IMG/VR virus record: IMGVR_UViG_3300033416_000030
Location: 1-25,647 of that record
DNA length: 25,647 bases
Reading direction: 5' to 3' (one strand)
DNA from: a virus
Lineage: Duplodnaviria > Caudoviricetes
Below the pieces are notes generated by a model. That model did not search any database and was not told where the DNA came from. It worked only from the letters and a program-made list of their open reading frames with translations. The stretch's first letter is position 1, and each line of letters opens with the position of its first letter. The position numbers and the translations under genes are program-made. Below are positions 24,603-25,647 of the stretch, piece after piece.

Positions 24603-25647
24603 GAGACCTCCTCGAACCGAATGGGCGGGGCTCCGCCGTCACCGCGCGCTTCATCCCGCCCGTCCCTGCATGACTCAACGCGGGGTCTTCGGACGCGGCG
24701 TAAGCCGCGACATCCACTTGGTCGTCATGCTCCGCGTGCGGGAACGCCAACAGTTCACCCTCATAGTCCGCGAGCCATGAGGCTCCACGCCGATGATACC
24801 AGCGCCCCTGTTCGTACTGTACGCCGAGCGTGATTGCACGGGACACCTTGTCCGTGTCCGGCCTCACCGGTCTTACCGGCAATCCCTTCGCCGACAACGT
24901 CTGCACGAGGCTGAGTTGATACCCGACCGACTCCACGCCGATGTACGCCGGACGCCACTTCTCATAGAGCGACTGGATGAGTCCGGGCTGCTCCGGGCCT
25001 TCCACGCGCACCCTTACCACATCGAGCACGAGCCGCTGTCCTCCCGGCAGGTAGCAGAACGTGCCCACCACGAAGTAGTCCGCATACGTCTTCGTCGATG
25101 CCGCCAAATCCACGAACTGCACGACGACGCCGCCCGCCGACCGCTCGATACCATCAGGCGTGGACAACAGCCACCCGTGCTCGTCCTCGTCGAAGTACCT
25201 GAAGTGCTGTGCCTTTATGATGCCGCCCTCAAGGGGAGCCGGACGCTGCTGGTACAGCGCCGCCCACCAGTACGACCCTACCGTCTGCCTGATGCTCGCG
25301 AGCGTGTCCACGCCGAACCGCCCGGGCCACAACGCTGTCCCCTCTTCACGGCCTAGCGCGTCCTGAGAGCCCTCAGACAAGGCGGGCAGGTCGATGAGCA
25401 CCCACCGCTCCCCGTCCCCTGTCTCCTCCGACAGGAGCCGCCCCGCCAAATCGTCCTCGTGCCAGCGCGTCATGATGAGGATTACCGCGCCGTCCGGCTC
25501 CAACCGCGTGTACGCCGTTGACCTGTACCACTCCCACGCGCGCTCGCGGTAGGTGAGGCTGTTCGCTTCGAGCGCGTTCTTGACGGGGTCGTCGATGATG
25601 AGCACGTCCGCGCCGCGTCCCGTTATCGACCCCCCGACGCCCGCCGT
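24586..25647 (-). CDS. terL: Terminase large subunit (5' end outside window)
   Basis: TAGVGGSITGRGADVLIIDDPVKN (Walker B), IMTRWHEDDLAG, ALYQQRP, VDLA, DKVSRA, FP...HDDQVD. Confidence 0.95.
   Translation of the reverse strand, partial: TAGVGGSITGRGADVLIIDDPVKNALEANSLTYRERAWEWYRSTAYTRLEPDGAVILIMTRWHEDDLAGRLLSEETGDGERWVLIDLPALSEGSQDALGREEGTALWPGRFGVDTLASIRQTVGSYWWAALYQQRPAPLEGGIIKAQHFRYFDEDEHGWLLSTPDGIERSAGGVVVQFVDLAASTKTYADYFVVGTFCYLPGGQRLVLDVVRVRVEGPEQPGLIQSLYEKWRPAYIGVESVGYQLSLVQTLSAKGLPVRPVRPDTDKVSRAITLGVQYEQGRWYHRRGASWLADYEGELLAFPHAEHDDQVDVAAYAASEDPALSHAGTGGMKRAVTAEPRPFGSRRSHEHRR

Noticed and set aside
407-25366. Numerous plus-strand and alternate-frame ORFs, some over 300 aa
   Set aside because: They are shadows of minus-strand genes in high-GC DNA: Arg/Pro/His-rich, with no recognisable motifs. 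The minus-strand genes already tile the window.

Overview
High-GC window that is almost entirely the minus-strand virion-morphogenesis operon of a long-tailed (siphovirus-like) phage or prophage with Mu-like head genes. Right to left: terminase large subunit (partial), DUF935-type portal, a Cys-nucleophile alpha/beta hydrolase, a MuF head protein fused to a RelA/SpoT-like alarmone-synthetase toxin domain with a probable immunity gene, a C2H2-finger ORF, protease/scaffold, capsid cement, Mu gpT-like major capsid and an HI1506-like protein. An ~8.3-kb block follows, holding two sugar-modifying enzymes (a putative glycosyltransferase-like protein and an N-acetyl sugar amidotransferase) and seven decoration/fibre-like genes. 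Then come adaptor, gpG-like and terminator proteins, tail tube, chaperones, tape measure, two tail-tip proteins and a partial holin-like gene. The strongest unexplained signal is a recurrent Ala-Ser-Ala/Gly tripeptide that is abundant in predicted surface virion proteins and rare in the enzymes, portal and tape measure. With the co-encoded sugar enzymes, this suggests a phage-encoded, sequon-directed virion O-glycosylation system (hypothesis). All family calls come from motif recognition by eye and all counts are by hand; no searches were run.
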